A DNA stretch of 64,000 nt from Spirochaetales bacterium (GTDB taxonomy: Bacteria; Spirochaetota; Spirochaetia; SZUA-6; DRHE01), in the NCBI GenBank assembly GCA_030615505.1, contig JAUWZD010000009.1:1563-65562 (forward strand), given 5' to 3'. Of the stretch, positions 20,224 to 30,875 are shown piece by piece. The notes below the pieces were generated by a model. It saw nothing but the letters and a program-made list of their open reading frames with translations. It had not been told where the DNA came from and did not search any database. Numbering within the stretch: position 1 is the stretch's first letter; the number at the start of each line of letters is the position of its first letter. A program made the translations under genes and the position numbers.

Positions 20224-21437
20224 GATTTCTGCTGCAACAGCTCTTCCATGCTTATTGCTTTTTGAGGGCAGATATCCACGCAGGTTGAACAGGCCAGACA
20301 TCTTTCGGGCGCAATATTAGTTATCCCGTCTGGATGAATAATGGCCTGACAGTGTCCGATCTTCCAGCAGAGCCCGCAGGAATTGCATTTGTCCGGATCA
20401 ATAACAGCATGGCCCTTATATACTATCAGTTCCTGAGAGGTCTTTATATTCTTCAACAGCATATCTCTGAAATCGGCTACTCTGCCATACCCCATTTCCT
20501 GCATATAGCTTTTAAGATTATCGAGCAGTTTGGGAAGCCAGTCGAAGCCCCTCAGCATGGTTTCCGTACAGACCCATACGGCATCGGCGCCGACCATTAT
20601 CTGCTGAACCGCGCTCTGAAGGTCATTCACTCCGCCTGAGCCGATAATGAAGGCCTCTTTGTCCAGGTGAAAGCGCATTTCATAGGTGTCCCGGAGCGCC
20701 AGGGGTTTAAGCCATGGGCCTGAGATGCATCCTAAAGTAATATTATCCTGCAGGCGGTAGATAGTGCCCATGGGGTTTCTGATATCGATGTCAGGAATCC
20801 CAAGCCTGTTGGCCGCGCTGCCTACTGCAGCGGCTCCGGCCTTTAAAGAGACCTCTGCAGCCTGGGCGATTCTTCCTCCTTCAGGAGTCAGCTTGACGAT
20901 CACAGGTATATTCACCTCATCGGTAATGTGCTTGATGACCTTGGGCAGTGCTTGAAGATCTGAGCCCAAACTGGCGCCTGTGGCTTCTTCTATCTCTTTT
21001 CCCGTAGCCTGAACATTAAAGGACATGTTTGGACAGCACATGTTAAGTTCAACGGCATGAGCCCCGGCCTCTTCAAACTGTTTGGCCATCCGAGCCCATC
21101 CCTCCCAGTCCGGTCCGTCGTAAGTGATGTTTGGAATAAGAAGGATCTCACTGGTTACCTTTTTAGCATCATCCAGGAGTTTTAACGAGGCATCCGGAGT
21201 TAAGCGGGTTTCTGCGGTGAAGATGTGAATTTTCTCTTTTTTAAGCCAGCGGTAGCGGGGAGGAAGATTAATATAAGGAAACGGATCGATAGCCAGCTTA
21301 AAAGATACTGCGGCCCAGCTATTGTCCTCGGCTTCTTTAATCTGATCCAGTGTTTTTACAGTGGGCCCGGAACCGACGATGAATGGATTGCGAAGTTTAA
21401 TATCCCCCAATTTAACCGAGAGATCGGTATTATTCAC
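20220..21437 (-). CDS. dihydropyrimidine/dihydroorotate dehydrogenase family FMN protein with C-terminal 4Fe-4S dicluster (PreA-like)
   Basis: NPFIVGSGP, ELNMCCPN, PVIVKLTP, SGP..KPLAL, GSGGV; CNSCGLC and CLACSTCVDICP. Confidence 0.85.
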   Translation of the reverse strand: MNNTDLSVKLGDIKLRNPFIVGSGPTVKTLDQIKEAEDNSWAAVSFKLAIDPFPYINLPPRYRWLKKEKIHIFTAETRLTPDASLKLLDDAKKVTSEILLIPNITYDGPDWEGWARMAKQFEEAGAHAVELNMCCPNMSFNVQATGKEIEEATGASLGSDLQALPKVIKHITDEVNIPVIVKLTPEGGRIAQAAEVSLKAGAAAVGSAANRLGIPDIDIRNPMGTIYRLQDNITLGCISGPWLKPLALRDTYEMRFHLDKEAFIIGSGGVNDLQSAVQQIMVGADAVWVCTETMLRGFDWLPKLLDNLKSYMQEMGYGRVADFRDMLLKNIKTSQELIVYKGHAVIDPDKCNSCGLCWKIGHCQAIIHPDGITNIAPERCLACSTCVDICPQKAISMEELLQQKS

Positions 21438-21585
21438 TTGAATCCCCCTGATTTCTATATGGATTAAAGCATAGTTTTAAGCATCCCTGGTGTCAAGAAA
21501 GGACATAATCTTATCCGGGCTAGACGACTGATTTACTTTACTGGCCTGTAACTTTACAATAAGAGGAAGCTTTAAGGGAGGAATT

Positions 21586-22644
21586 ATGGATAAAGTAAGA
21601 ATCGGTATTGTTGGTTCAAAATTTGCTGCAGATTTTCACTGTGATTCGTACAGTAGAAATGAACATACTGAGGTCGTTGCTGTTGCAGCCATAGATAATC
21701 TTGATGCTATCGCCGGGAAGTGGAATATCCCGGATACCTACGAAGATTATCATGAGATGTTTAAAAGAAAGGATATCGAATTAATCTCGGTCTGCGTTCC
21801 CAATTTTCTGCATCACGATATAGTGATAGCAGCCTCAGATGCAGGTAAACATGTTGTCTGTGAAAAACCTCTGGCCACTACTATCGAGCATGGCAGGGAG
21901 ATGATCGAGGTGTGTGAAAAGAACAACACCAAACTGATGTATGCTGAAGACTGGTGCTTCTCGCCTGCTTTGAGAAGAGCGGAAAAGTTGATTGAGGAAG
22001 GGGGAATTGGAAGGCTCCTCTATGTAAAAGCAAAGGAGGTACATAACGGTACTCATTCCATGTATGCCAAGGATAAGAAGATGTGCGGCGGCGGCAGCTT
22101 CATGCATCTAGGCATACATCCGGTGGGATATCTTCTCTACCTTCTGGGCAGAGGCAACAATCCCGTTGTTGAGGTTACAGGTAAAATGACAGGTGGATTA
22201 AAAAGGAACTTTGTGCATAAGGAAAACGGAGGAGAAGACTTCGGCATGGGCATGATGAGATTCGAAAACGGCGAGTTTGCCTTTGTGGAGGGGAATTATA
22301 TTACAGTGGGCGGAATGGATGATAAAGTAGAGATCTACGGAACAGAGGGAGTGATTAAAGTTGATCTTACCTTTGGCTCGCCGATTGACTGTTACTCCGG
22401 TCCGGGAATATCCTACTCCATTGAGAAAACGAATCACAACCTGGGGTGGACCAAACCGGCGGTTGATGAATTCTATAATCTGGGTTATGTGCCGGAACTC
22501 GAATATTTCGTTGATTGTGTGAGAAAGGATATGAAGCCCTTCTACGGTGTAAACGGGCAGGCCGGCCTTTCAGCCCTGGAATTAATTCAGGCTTTCTATG
22601 AGTCAAATAATATTGGAAAAACAGTACGCGGCAGGTGGGGCTAA
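21586..22644 (+). CDS. Gfo/Idh/MocA oxidoreductase
   Basis: IGIVG, PNFLH, GKHVVCEKPL, GGG. Confidence 0.92.
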   Translation: MDKVRIGIVGSKFAADFHCDSYSRNEHTEVVAVAAIDNLDAIAGKWNIPDTYEDYHEMFKRKDIELISVCVPNFLHHDIVIAASDAGKHVVCEKPLATTIEHGREMIEVCEKNNTKLMYAEDWCFSPALRRAEKLIEEGGIGRLLYVKAKEVHNGTHSMYAKDKKMCGGGSFMHLGIHPVGYLLYLLGRGNNPVVEVTGKMTGGLKRNFVHKENGGEDFGMGMMRFENGEFAFVEGNYITVGGMDDKVEIYGTEGVIKVDLTFGSPIDCYSGPGISYSIEKTNHNLGWTKPAVDEFYNLGYVPELEYFVDCVRKDMKPFYGVNGQAGLSALELIQAFYESNNIGKTVRGRWG

Positions 22645-22833
22645 TTTAGATCTCCTTCAACGGTTTCGATTTCAAGGTCAGCTAATGCACGGCGGTCCTT
22701 GCGGACCAGTGCGAGAACGGATGATGGTCGATCTTTGATAATGGCGAGCATACGTTAAGAGTTCTTTGGTGCTGGTAAACGCGAGATCTCTTTGACAACC
22801 CGGCAGTATTTTATTTATAGTTCTCTAGAGTCT

Positions 22834-24288
22834 ATGGAAAAGAATATTTTGTTCATTACCACCGACCAGCAGCGGAAGGACTCGCTTCCCTGCTATGGGC
22901 TGGATTTCATGCAGACCCCAGCTCTGGATCGCTTGGCGCAGGGTGGTGTCGTGTTCGATAACTGCAGCTCCGTATCGCCGGTCTGTCAACCGGCCAGGGC
23001 CTCTTTTATGATCGGACAGTATCCCCATGTAACCGGTGTACCGGACAATTTTCGCTGGCTCCGTCCAGATTCGCCTACATTGCCACGACTGTTTTCCCAG
23101 GCTGGATGGAAAACTACGGCCATTGGTAAGATGCATTTTCATCCCTGGGACAACCCTGAAGGGTTTCAGGAGCGAATTATCGCCGAAGACAAAAGGCACA
23201 TTTTTAGGCCTGACCATTGGACTTTGTTCCTGGAGAAGCAGGGATACAGGAGGAATCATCCCGCTATGGTTCCAGGGTATGGAGAGAGTCTCGGTGCCAT
23301 CGTCAGTCCGCTGCCCGAGAGGCTGCACATCGATTCTTTTATCGGTGACCAGGCGGTGGAGTGGATCGAGGGATTTGCTGCCCAGGATGAGAAGAAACCT
23401 TTCTTTACCTGGGTTTCATTTAACAGCCCCCACGATCCGTACGATCCCCCGGAAACTCTGGCGGATTTGTACCGGGATGTCCCAATCCCTGAGCCTGTGG
23501 GCTCTCTGGAAGAACTATCCGAGAAGCCGGAGTACCAGCAGAAAATAATCCCCTTTTTTAAGCAAAATCTCCTCTACTTGATAGACTATTCCCGGATGAA
23601 CGCCCTCATCATCCGTAAAATCCGGGAGCACTACCTGGCTACAATTACTCTGATCGACAGGCAGATCGAGAAGATACTTCAGGCCTTGGAGTGGACCGGG
23701 CTGCTCGAATCGACGTTCATCGTCTTCTCCTCGGACCATGGGGATCACTTGGGCGACCACGGGCTTCCCTTCAAATCCACTTATTATGAAAGCGCCCTGA
23801 TGGTGCCGCTGATTGTCATGGGACCTGGTATTCCATCCGGAAGACGGAACCGTACCTCGGTGAACTGGCTGGATCTTCATGCGACCTTTCTTTCTCTAGC
23901 AGGAATCCCGGTTCCGGACCACGTCCAGGGCGAGGACCTCAGCGAGCTGTTAAAGTCTCCGGATCAGCACTGGGAGAGGGACGCTTTCAGTGAGCTTCTA
24001 GGCAGCGTGATGGTCAGGACCTCTGACATGAAGCTCGTTCTCTGTGACGATGGAACCGGTGAGTTATACGATCTGAAAGAGGCACCACTGGAGGTTCACA
24101 ATTACTTTCACGACTTGGCCTACAGGGGAGTTAGAGAGGAGTTGACTGAAAAGATACTGAAACATCTGCTGGCCCACAGTCGGGTCCGTTCCTTCGGAGG
24201 TGGTCGGCATCCAACGGACATCCAGCGGGAGCGCTGTTTTGCTGAAATCAAGGCCCGGCTGGAGGCGGAAGGCTATCCCGGGTTGTAA
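22834..24288 (+). CDS. formylglycine-type sulfatase-like hydrolase (Cys type)
   Basis: NILFITTDQQR, CQPARAS (CxPxR), GKMH, PHDP, SDHGD; start moved to ATG 22834. Confidence 0.92.
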   Translation: MEKNILFITTDQQRKDSLPCYGLDFMQTPALDRLAQGGVVFDNCSSVSPVCQPARASFMIGQYPHVTGVPDNFRWLRPDSPTLPRLFSQAGWKTTAIGKMHFHPWDNPEGFQERIIAEDKRHIFRPDHWTLFLEKQGYRRNHPAMVPGYGESLGAIVSPLPERLHIDSFIGDQAVEWIEGFAAQDEKKPFFTWVSFNSPHDPYDPPETLADLYRDVPIPEPVGSLEELSEKPEYQQKIIPFFKQNLLYLIDYSRMNALIIRKIREHYLATITLIDRQIEKILQALEWTGLLESTFIVFSSDHGDHLGDHGLPFKSTYYESALMVPLIVMGPGIPSGRRNRTSVNWLDLHATFLSLAGIPVPDHVQGEDLSELLKSPDQHWERDAFSELLGSVMVRTSDMKLVLCDDGTGELYDLKEAPLEVHNYFHDLAYRGVREELTEKILKHLLAHSRVRSFGGGRHPTDIQRERCFAEIKARLEAEGYPGL

Positions 24289-24369
24289 CCCTTTCCCGGG
24301 GATGGCCAAACTCATTACGTCAAACTGAGAGCTTTCTGCGCTTTTGTCAGGTCACGAGGGGGTATACCT

Positions 24370-25869
24370 GTGAAAATTTCCGAAAAAGAGCTCAAACTAT
24401 TTTGGGGGGATCTCCACAACCATAATGCCGTAGGCTATGCTAAAGGATCTTTGGAGCGCTCTATCGATATAGCCCAGGAGCACCTGGATTTCTTTGCTTT
24501 TACGGGACAAGCTTCCTGGCACGACATCCCGCTGATGCCGGGAGACCGCCATATGCTCTGGGTGAACGGGTTTAAAGCCCATGTGGAACACTGGCCCAAG
24601 ACTAGGAGGTTGATTCGGGAAGCCAACAGTAATAGTTTTGTGGCATTTCTGGGTTATGAATGGCACTCCAGTGCCTTTGGCGATTACTGCCTTATCTTTC
24701 CTGAAGATCAACCGGACCTTTTCCTTCCTGACCATGTGATAAAGCTGCTCGACTTCGCTTCCGAGAAGGGAGCGCTGTCCATTCCACACCATGTGGGCTA
24801 TAAAACGAATTGGCGGGGAGCGAACTGGGATTATTTCAGACCCGAAGTGAGTCCAGTGGTAGAGATATTCTCCGAGCATGGCTGTACCGTTTCTGACCGC
24901 TCTCCTTATCCGATGATCCTGCACAGCAACGGCGGCCGGGCCACTGCCAACACGATTTACTATCAGCTGGAGCGAGGACTCCGTTTCGGTTTCGTGGCTT
25001 CTACGGACGACCATTTCGGATATCCCGGCGCCTATGGTGAGGGTCTGGTGGGGGTCTGGGCCGAGGAGTTGAGCGCAGAGGCCCTCTTTAAGGCCATCCG
25101 TCAACGGCACACCATCGCTGTAACGGGGGACCGTATCTCTTTGGGGTTCACCCTGAATGGACAGCCCATGGGCTCTGAGCTGCCCTTCGATACCCAGCGC
25201 AGTATTGGGGTGGAAGTGGAAGGGCAGGATTCGGTGGAGATGATCGAGCTTCTACGGAATGGGCGAATCATCCAGCGTTTTTTCCCGGAGGACCTGGTTA
25301 CTGAGCCGCTCAATCTCCCCGGCAGGGCAAAGTGTCGTTTTCAGTACGGGTGGGGACCCTGGTCTGCCCTAGAACTGGAGCGGATTTGCTCCTGGGAGAT
25401 GACCCTCCGATTAGAAAACGGACGCTTCCTCAAAACCGAGCGCTGCTTTCAATCCGGCCCTTTCAGAGAGGATCTGCGCGATCGGCTCAGGCAGGTTTCT
25501 GAGAATGAGGTGCATCTCGAGTCTTTCACTTCGCGCAAACAGGCCTATTTGGAAGATCCCACCAAATCGATCGTCTGCGATCTGGAATCAGATTCAAGAT
25601 CTAAACTCATCGTGGAGCTAAAGAAACCGTCTGAGCTTACCGTGGAAGTGCCTCTTCAGAAATTACTCAAGGAAAATGAAATCACCTTTACCGGAGCGTT
25701 TACAACGGAGAGCTTCGTTGTTCACCGGTTGGTCGCACCGGAAGAGTTTTCGGCCCAGATCCATTGGGAGGATAGTCGAACTGAGACCGACGGCAGCGAC
25801 CAGTACCATGTTCGAGTACGTCAGCACAATCAGCAGTTGGCTTGGTCCAGCCCGATCTGGATAGGCTAG
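24370..25869 (+). CDS. PHP-fold metallohydrolase (DUF3604-like)
   Basis: WGDLHNH, GYEW, PHH, VEIFSEHG, GFVASTDDH, terminal AWSSPIW. Confidence 0.78.
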   Translation: MKISEKELKLFWGDLHNHNAVGYAKGSLERSIDIAQEHLDFFAFTGQASWHDIPLMPGDRHMLWVNGFKAHVEHWPKTRRLIREANSNSFVAFLGYEWHSSAFGDYCLIFPEDQPDLFLPDHVIKLLDFASEKGALSIPHHVGYKTNWRGANWDYFRPEVSPVVEIFSEHGCTVSDRSPYPMILHSNGGRATANTIYYQLERGLRFGFVASTDDHFGYPGAYGEGLVGVWAEELSAEALFKAIRQRHTIAVTGDRISLGFTLNGQPMGSELPFDTQRSIGVEVEGQDSVEMIELLRNGRIIQRFFPEDLVTEPLNLPGRAKCRFQYGWGPWSALELERICSWEMTLRLENGRFLKTERCFQSGPFREDLRDRLRQVSENEVHLESFTSRKQAYLEDPTKSIVCDLESDSRSKLIVELKKPSELTVEVPLQKLLKENEITFTGAFTTESFVVHRLVAPEEFSAQIHWEDSRTETDGSDQYHVRVRQHNQQLAWSSPIWIG

Positions 25870-25891
25870 GCTCATCAATTAGGGGGGATGG

Positions 25892-27175
25892 GTGATCCGT
25901 TTCGATCGCTACCGTTTCACCGTGGAGCGGGAGCCTTTAATCAGGCCTTTCCACTTTAAAGGCGGATACTTTACTGAGAAGTGGATCAACGTCGTCACGC
26001 TCTACTCTTCCAGTGGAATCCGGGCCACCGGCATCGGCGGCAGCGCCGTATTGTGGTCCGACCCGGAGGTGTTTTTCTCTTTCTCAGAAACTGGAGGAAA
26101 TATCCTGATGGCCTCACTGGCTGAGCGGGCGGCACAGCTGGCTCAAGGGTTTTCTTTTCAGAATCCTGTGGAGGCCATTCAGTACATCTTGCCCGAGCTG
26201 CACCGCTTCGGCTGTCAGATCACCGGCAGACGAGACCTAAAGCGGACCTTTACTCTAAACTCCCTGGTTGCCATTGATCTGGCCCTCTGGAAGCTTTACG
26301 CCCTTGAGCAGGGAAGCCTAGGTTTTAGTGAACTGATACCTGAAGAGTATCGATTCGCCTTTCAACATCGCCAGTCCTGCCTGGCCCATGCCCCGCTGAT
26401 TACCTACAACGTCCCCGTTTCTGAAGTAATCCAGCTGGTTGACCGCAGACATTTCTTCCTCAAGATCAAGATAGGCCAGCAGGGAAGTCAGGAAGAGATG
26501 CTGGAAAAGGACAAAACCAGGTTGTCCGAGCTGCACGTAGCTCTAAAGCACAAGCGAACATCTCACACAGCCGATGGGAAGCTGCTCTACTATCTTGATG
26601 CCAACGGGCGGTATCAAGACAAAGAGGGGCTTATAGAGTTGTTGAATCATGCCGAGGCGATCGGCATGCTGGAGCAAATCGCCCTGTTGGAAGAGCCCTT
26701 CCCCTACGAAAAGAAGATCAGCGTCACTGACCTTCCGGTACGGGTTGCTGCCGATGAATCCCTGCACGCTGTAAAGGACCTTCAGGAGCGTATAAATCTG
26801 GGGTACAGGGCCTTCGCTTTGAAGCCGGCCGGAAGAACCTTGAGCATGTCCATCACCATGGCCGCCGCTGCAGCTAAGCATGATATCCCCTGTTTCGTAG
26901 CCGATTCTGCCTGTGTGCCGCTTCTCGTTGAATGGAACAAGATCACCGCGGCCCATCTTTCCTCTTTTCCGGAACTTTCCATGGGGGTCCTTGAGTCCAA
27001 CGGGGCCCAGAATTACCGCAACTGGCAGGGGTTATTGAAGGAGCATTCACGCTTCGGAGCCCCGTGGATTGAGCCGCGGGAAGGGCTCTTTGTGCTCGAT
27101 CAGGATTTCTACGATGTGTCGGGAGGCATCTTCGATGCTGCAGGACATTACGAGAAATCGAGCGACGAATGTTGA
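25892..27175 (+). CDS. enolase-superfamily protein (mandelate racemase/muconate cycloisomerase fold)
   Basis: IDLALW, KIK, DAN, EEP, ADES, LKP. Confidence 0.85.
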   Translation: MIRFDRYRFTVEREPLIRPFHFKGGYFTEKWINVVTLYSSSGIRATGIGGSAVLWSDPEVFFSFSETGGNILMASLAERAAQLAQGFSFQNPVEAIQYILPELHRFGCQITGRRDLKRTFTLNSLVAIDLALWKLYALEQGSLGFSELIPEEYRFAFQHRQSCLAHAPLITYNVPVSEVIQLVDRRHFFLKIKIGQQGSQEEMLEKDKTRLSELHVALKHKRTSHTADGKLLYYLDANGRYQDKEGLIELLNHAEAIGMLEQIALLEEPFPYEKKISVTDLPVRVAADESLHAVKDLQERINLGYRAFALKPAGRTLSMSITMAAAAAKHDIPCFVADSACVPLLVEWNKITAAHLSSFPELSMGVLESNGAQNYRNWQGLLKEHSRFGAPWIEPREGLFVLDQDFYDVSGGIFDAAGHYEKSSDEC

Positions 27176-27254
27176 GATTAGCAGTCGATTCGTTGACAAC
27201 AGAGCATGCATCCCTTATAATTTTTTTATCACTAAGCTGTAAAGGAGGTCCTTT

Positions 27255-28232
27255 ATGAAAAAGCTTTTCTTAGTCTTTATTATTCTGCTGGCGTCTGCAG
27301 GATTAATCCTGGCTGAAGGGACCCAGGAAGGTGCTGCGGCCGGGGAGTACCCCACCAAGCCGATTCAGATCATCGTTCCCTGGGGAGCTGGTGGAAGAAC
27401 CGACATAAACGCCCGGATGTTTGCCAGTGTAGCGCCGAAGTACCTGGGACAGCCCGTGGTAGTCGTGAACAAGGCCGGCGGCGGCAGCGTGATCGGCGGC
27501 GACTATGTTGCTAAAGCCAAACCTGACGGATACACCCTTCTGGCCATTACACCGGGGACCAATGTCTTTCCGGTGATCTTCAAGAAAGCGCCCTACGGAA
27601 CTTACGATTTCGATCCCATAGGCCAGATCGGGTCCAGTACTATGGCCATCGCCTCCAAGCCTGACAGACCATGGAAGAATGTGCAGGAACTCATCGCCTA
27701 TACCAAGGCCAATCCGGGGAAGGTAACCTATGCCTGTGTTGCTCTGAAAGCCCCTCAACTGGGGTTCCTGCGCTGGGCCGACAAGGCGGGGTTGAAGTTC
27801 AAGCATGTACCTGTGGGCAACGATGCTGAAGCTGTGGAGGCCGCTTTGGGCGGGCATGTTGATATTGCCATGACCTCCAGCGTGGCTACGATTATCTCTC
27901 ACGTGAACGCCAACAAGCTCAACGCCCTTATAGTTTTCTCCGAGAAACGTGATGCAAATCTGTCCGATACGCCAACCGCTGTTGAAACCGGCTATGCGGT
28001 GGTGGCCAGTCCCTTCACCGGCCTTGCCGGACCGAAGGGGATGCCTAAAGAGGTTTTAAATAAACTGCGTACTGTTTTCAGGCAGGTCATCGAGGATCCA
28101 GACTTTCTGAAAGTGATGAAGCGGATCGGTGAGAGTATCAGCCCCAAGTTCGGAGATGAGTTCTACGCTGTCTGGAAGAACGATTTTGAAGGCTACTCTG
28201 ACATCGTAAGGAAGATGGGTTTCGTTAAGTGA
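27255..28232 (+). CDS. tctC: tripartite tricarboxylate transporter substrate-binding protein
   Basis: YPTKPI.IIVPWGAGG.TD, NKAGG, PDGYTL, GGHVD. Confidence 0.93.
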   Translation: MKKLFLVFIILLASAGLILAEGTQEGAAAGEYPTKPIQIIVPWGAGGRTDINARMFASVAPKYLGQPVVVVNKAGGGSVIGGDYVAKAKPDGYTLLAITPGTNVFPVIFKKAPYGTYDFDPIGQIGSSTMAIASKPDRPWKNVQELIAYTKANPGKVTYACVALKAPQLGFLRWADKAGLKFKHVPVGNDAEAVEAALGGHVDIAMTSSVATIISHVNANKLNALIVFSEKRDANLSDTPTAVETGYAVVASPFTGLAGPKGMPKEVLNKLRTVFRQVIEDPDFLKVMKRIGESISPKFGDEFYAVWKNDFEGYSDIVRKMGFVK

Positions 28233-28696
28233 GGAAACCCCATATTCGTCGTTTGGGGGAAGGAATCACGCTGACCGTTCTGGCCGGCGTGATTCTTTTT
28301 CTTGTGCCCTCCCAGATAGATCGGATACCCGGAATGGAAACAGAGGTTTCTCCATTCTTTTTACCCACGGTACTGGCCGTAGCGATCATGGCTGTGGGCA
28401 TTGCCCTCCTGGCCCAGGCCTTTCGAAAGAACATTGGCGAGGGCGAGAAAGAATTTCCCATGTCCGGGGGCCTGCGGGTGCTGGTGTCGGTACTCCTGCT
28501 TATTGCTTATACCCTGTTATTTCCGCGGCTGGGATTTCTTGTTACCAGTGGTATTTTTATGGGAATTTTCACTTATTATTTTGGCGCCCGGAGCATATTG
28601 AAAATTGGTTTGAGCATGCTGCTGGTTCCGGTATGCGTCTGGCTGTTCTTTGAAAAGCTGTTTCGCATACCCCTTCCCCACGGTCTGATCTTTTAG
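28229..28696 (+). CDS. tctB: TTT small membrane subunit
   Basis: 4 TM helices, P.F.P, LGF, terminal IPLP.G; lies between tctC and tctA. Confidence 0.88.
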   Translation: MRKPHIRRLGEGITLTVLAGVILFLVPSQIDRIPGMETEVSPFFLPTVLAVAIMAVGIALLAQAFRKNIGEGEKEFPMSGGLRVLVSVLLLIAYTLLFPRLGFLVTSGIFMGIFTYYFGARSILKIGLSMLLVPVCVWLFFEKLFRIPLPHGLIF

Positions 28697-28704
28697 GTTA
28701 ATCC

Positions 28705-30213
28705 ATGTTCAGCCACTTTATTCCTGCGGTCCATCTTTTTTTTACCATACAGAATCTGCTGGTCGTGGCAATTGGGCTGTTTGTGGGGGTTACTATCGGC
28801 GCTATTCCCGGCCTCAACGTGCCTATGACGGTGGCCCTGCTGCTGCCGATTACCTTCTACATGTCTCCCGTGGCAGGCATCAGTCTGCTCATCGGAGTGT
28901 ACAAGGGAGGGACTTACGGTGGTTCGATCTCGGCAATCCTGATCAATACACCCGGTGCTCCCGCGGCAGCTGCGACCTGTATGGACGGCTACCCCATGGC
29001 CAAACAGGGTAAAGCCGGTAAAGCCTTGAGGGCTTCCATATACGGCTCGGTGATCGGTGAGTTTATCGCTGACCTGGTGTTGATCACTATTGCCAGTCAA
29101 ATCGCGATGGTCGCGCTGAAGTTTGGCCCTACAGAAAAGTTATCTCTGGTTATTTTTGCCCTGGTTACCATTGGCGTGGTTTCTTCCGAACACAAGCTGA
29201 AGGGGATTGCCGCCGGGCTGCTGGGGATCTTTTTCCGTACGGTGGGTTCAGATCCCATTTCCGGGTCCTCTCGTTTTACCTTAGGTGTTTTCAGCCTGAT
29301 CGGGGGGATCCCCTTTCTTCCCCATCTGATCGGATTGTTTGCCGTATCCGAGTTTTTTGTACAGATTGAGAGCAAAGTTGTGGATGCCCAGCGGGATGTT
29401 GTGGCTCCGGTTTCTAAAAACCGAGAGGATAACTACGTCTCCTGGAAGGAGTTCAAGCAGAACATTGTCACCATTATCCGATCTACCCTGATCGGCATTG
29501 GTATCGGGGCGCTGCCGGGAAGCGGATCGGCGATCTCAGCCTTTGTTTCCTACGGCGCGGCCAAGAACGCATCCAAGCATCCCGAAAAGTTCGGGAAAGG
29601 TTCTCTGGAAGGGGTGTTTGCTGCCGAAACGGGAAACAATGCTGTTTGCGGCGGTGCCTTGATTCCGCTGCTCACCCTGGGTATTCCCGGAGATGCTATC
29701 ACCGCCATTATGTTGGGGGTCTTTCTGGTGCACGGGTTGATTCCCGGCCCCGATCTATTCGTAAAGTCGGGAGACATCATTTACGCCGTATTCATCGGAC
29801 TGATAGTAGCCAACATCCTGCACTTCTTTATTGCCTCGCTGGGTTTAAGGCTCTTCATCAAATTGCTGTCCATCAGCCGAGCGATCCTGTTCCCCATCGT
29901 TATCATCATCTGCGTTGCTGGAGCCTTTACAGCGAACAGCAGTATCTTCGATGTGTACGTGATGATCTTTTTCGGGGTGCTGGGCTATGTGATGAAGAAG
30001 TTCAACTTTCCTGTGGCACCCTTGATGATGGGCTATATCCTCGGCTCCCTGCTCGAGACCTCTTTAGTGCAAACTCTCGTTTTGAGCAACGGTTCTGTGC
30101 TGCCGATATTTACCCGGCCGATTTCCCTGCTGTTTGTCGTTCTGACTGTATTCTTTGTTGTCTGGTCTTTGATCATACAGAAACGGGGAAGAGCGAGAAA
30201 AGCAAAGCTTTAA
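28705..30213 (+). CDS. tctA: TTT large membrane subunit
   Basis: GAIPGL, YGGSISAILINTPG, DGYPMAKQG, ETGNNA, LGIPG. Confidence 0.95.
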   Translation: MFSHFIPAVHLFFTIQNLLVVAIGLFVGVTIGAIPGLNVPMTVALLLPITFYMSPVAGISLLIGVYKGGTYGGSISAILINTPGAPAAAATCMDGYPMAKQGKAGKALRASIYGSVIGEFIADLVLITIASQIAMVALKFGPTEKLSLVIFALVTIGVVSSEHKLKGIAAGLLGIFFRTVGSDPISGSSRFTLGVFSLIGGIPFLPHLIGLFAVSEFFVQIESKVVDAQRDVVAPVSKNREDNYVSWKEFKQNIVTIIRSTLIGIGIGALPGSGSAISAFVSYGAAKNASKHPEKFGKGSLEGVFAAETGNNAVCGGALIPLLTLGIPGDAITAIMLGVFLVHGLIPGPDLFVKSGDIIYAVFIGLIVANILHFFIASLGLRLFIKLLSISRAILFPIVIIICVAGAFTANSSIFDVYVMIFFGVLGYVMKKFNFPVAPLMMGYILGSLLETSLVQTLVLSNGSVLPIFTRPISLLFVVLTVFFVVWSLIIQKRGRARKAKL

Positions 30214-30269
30214 AAAGGGGGAAACTGGATAAGATGGCAGCTTCCTCTGTATGCACTAATTGGTGCACG

Positions 30270-30590
30270 CTACAGGATCACGATACACGCCCGCCTTAAA
30301 GAGAGTTGAATTTGAGCGCCGGTGCTCAGATCGAGGGTCACGTAAGCCTGAGTGGAGAAGCTAATCTCTGTCATCTGCCGGGCTTCGGTATCCAGTCGAA
30401 GGTGAAGTCGATGCCAAGAAGCAGTATTGGTTCGGCTCACAATATGTGCAGTGACCCGATTGTGCTTCACTGCCCCTGCCAGAGCTCGATTGAGGTAGAG
30501 GATTTTCATTTCTTCCGGCCGGATGTACGGAGTTGCCGCATCACCTGCTTCAGCCAAACGGGGGGCACCTTCAAGGTTAAGCTGTTCCAA
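30270..30590 (-). pseudogene. remnant of ABC ATPase C-terminal (TOBE-like) domain
   Basis: IRPEEMKI...AYVTLDLSTGAQIQLSL; no upstream ATPase domain. Confidence 0.4.
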
Positions 30591-30875
30591 TCTAAAAAGA
30601 GACCTTCCGGTGTGGATTTGATCACCCGATCCTGGGAGAGATTAGTGATAGGAATGGCCATAGATGAGGAAGGTAGGGAATCCGATTTGATGAGGCGGGC
30701 ATTTTTCGAGAAGATGAGGATCTAAGGATTTAGCGAACGAGGATGGATTCGCAGCTAGGGTGGAAATAATGTGTAATTTCGCGAGCATAGGGGTGAAGGA
30801 AAGATTTTTGAGATGTCTTGCCAAAGGCTGAGGATATAGCTAACCTCCGGAACAATCGGATGGTAGAGAAGGAAG

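Noticed and set aside
22642-22752. Minus-strand fragment resembling an NAD-dependent epimerase (VLALVRKDRRALADLEIETVEGDL)
   Set aside because: About 35 codons; too short to support as a feature.
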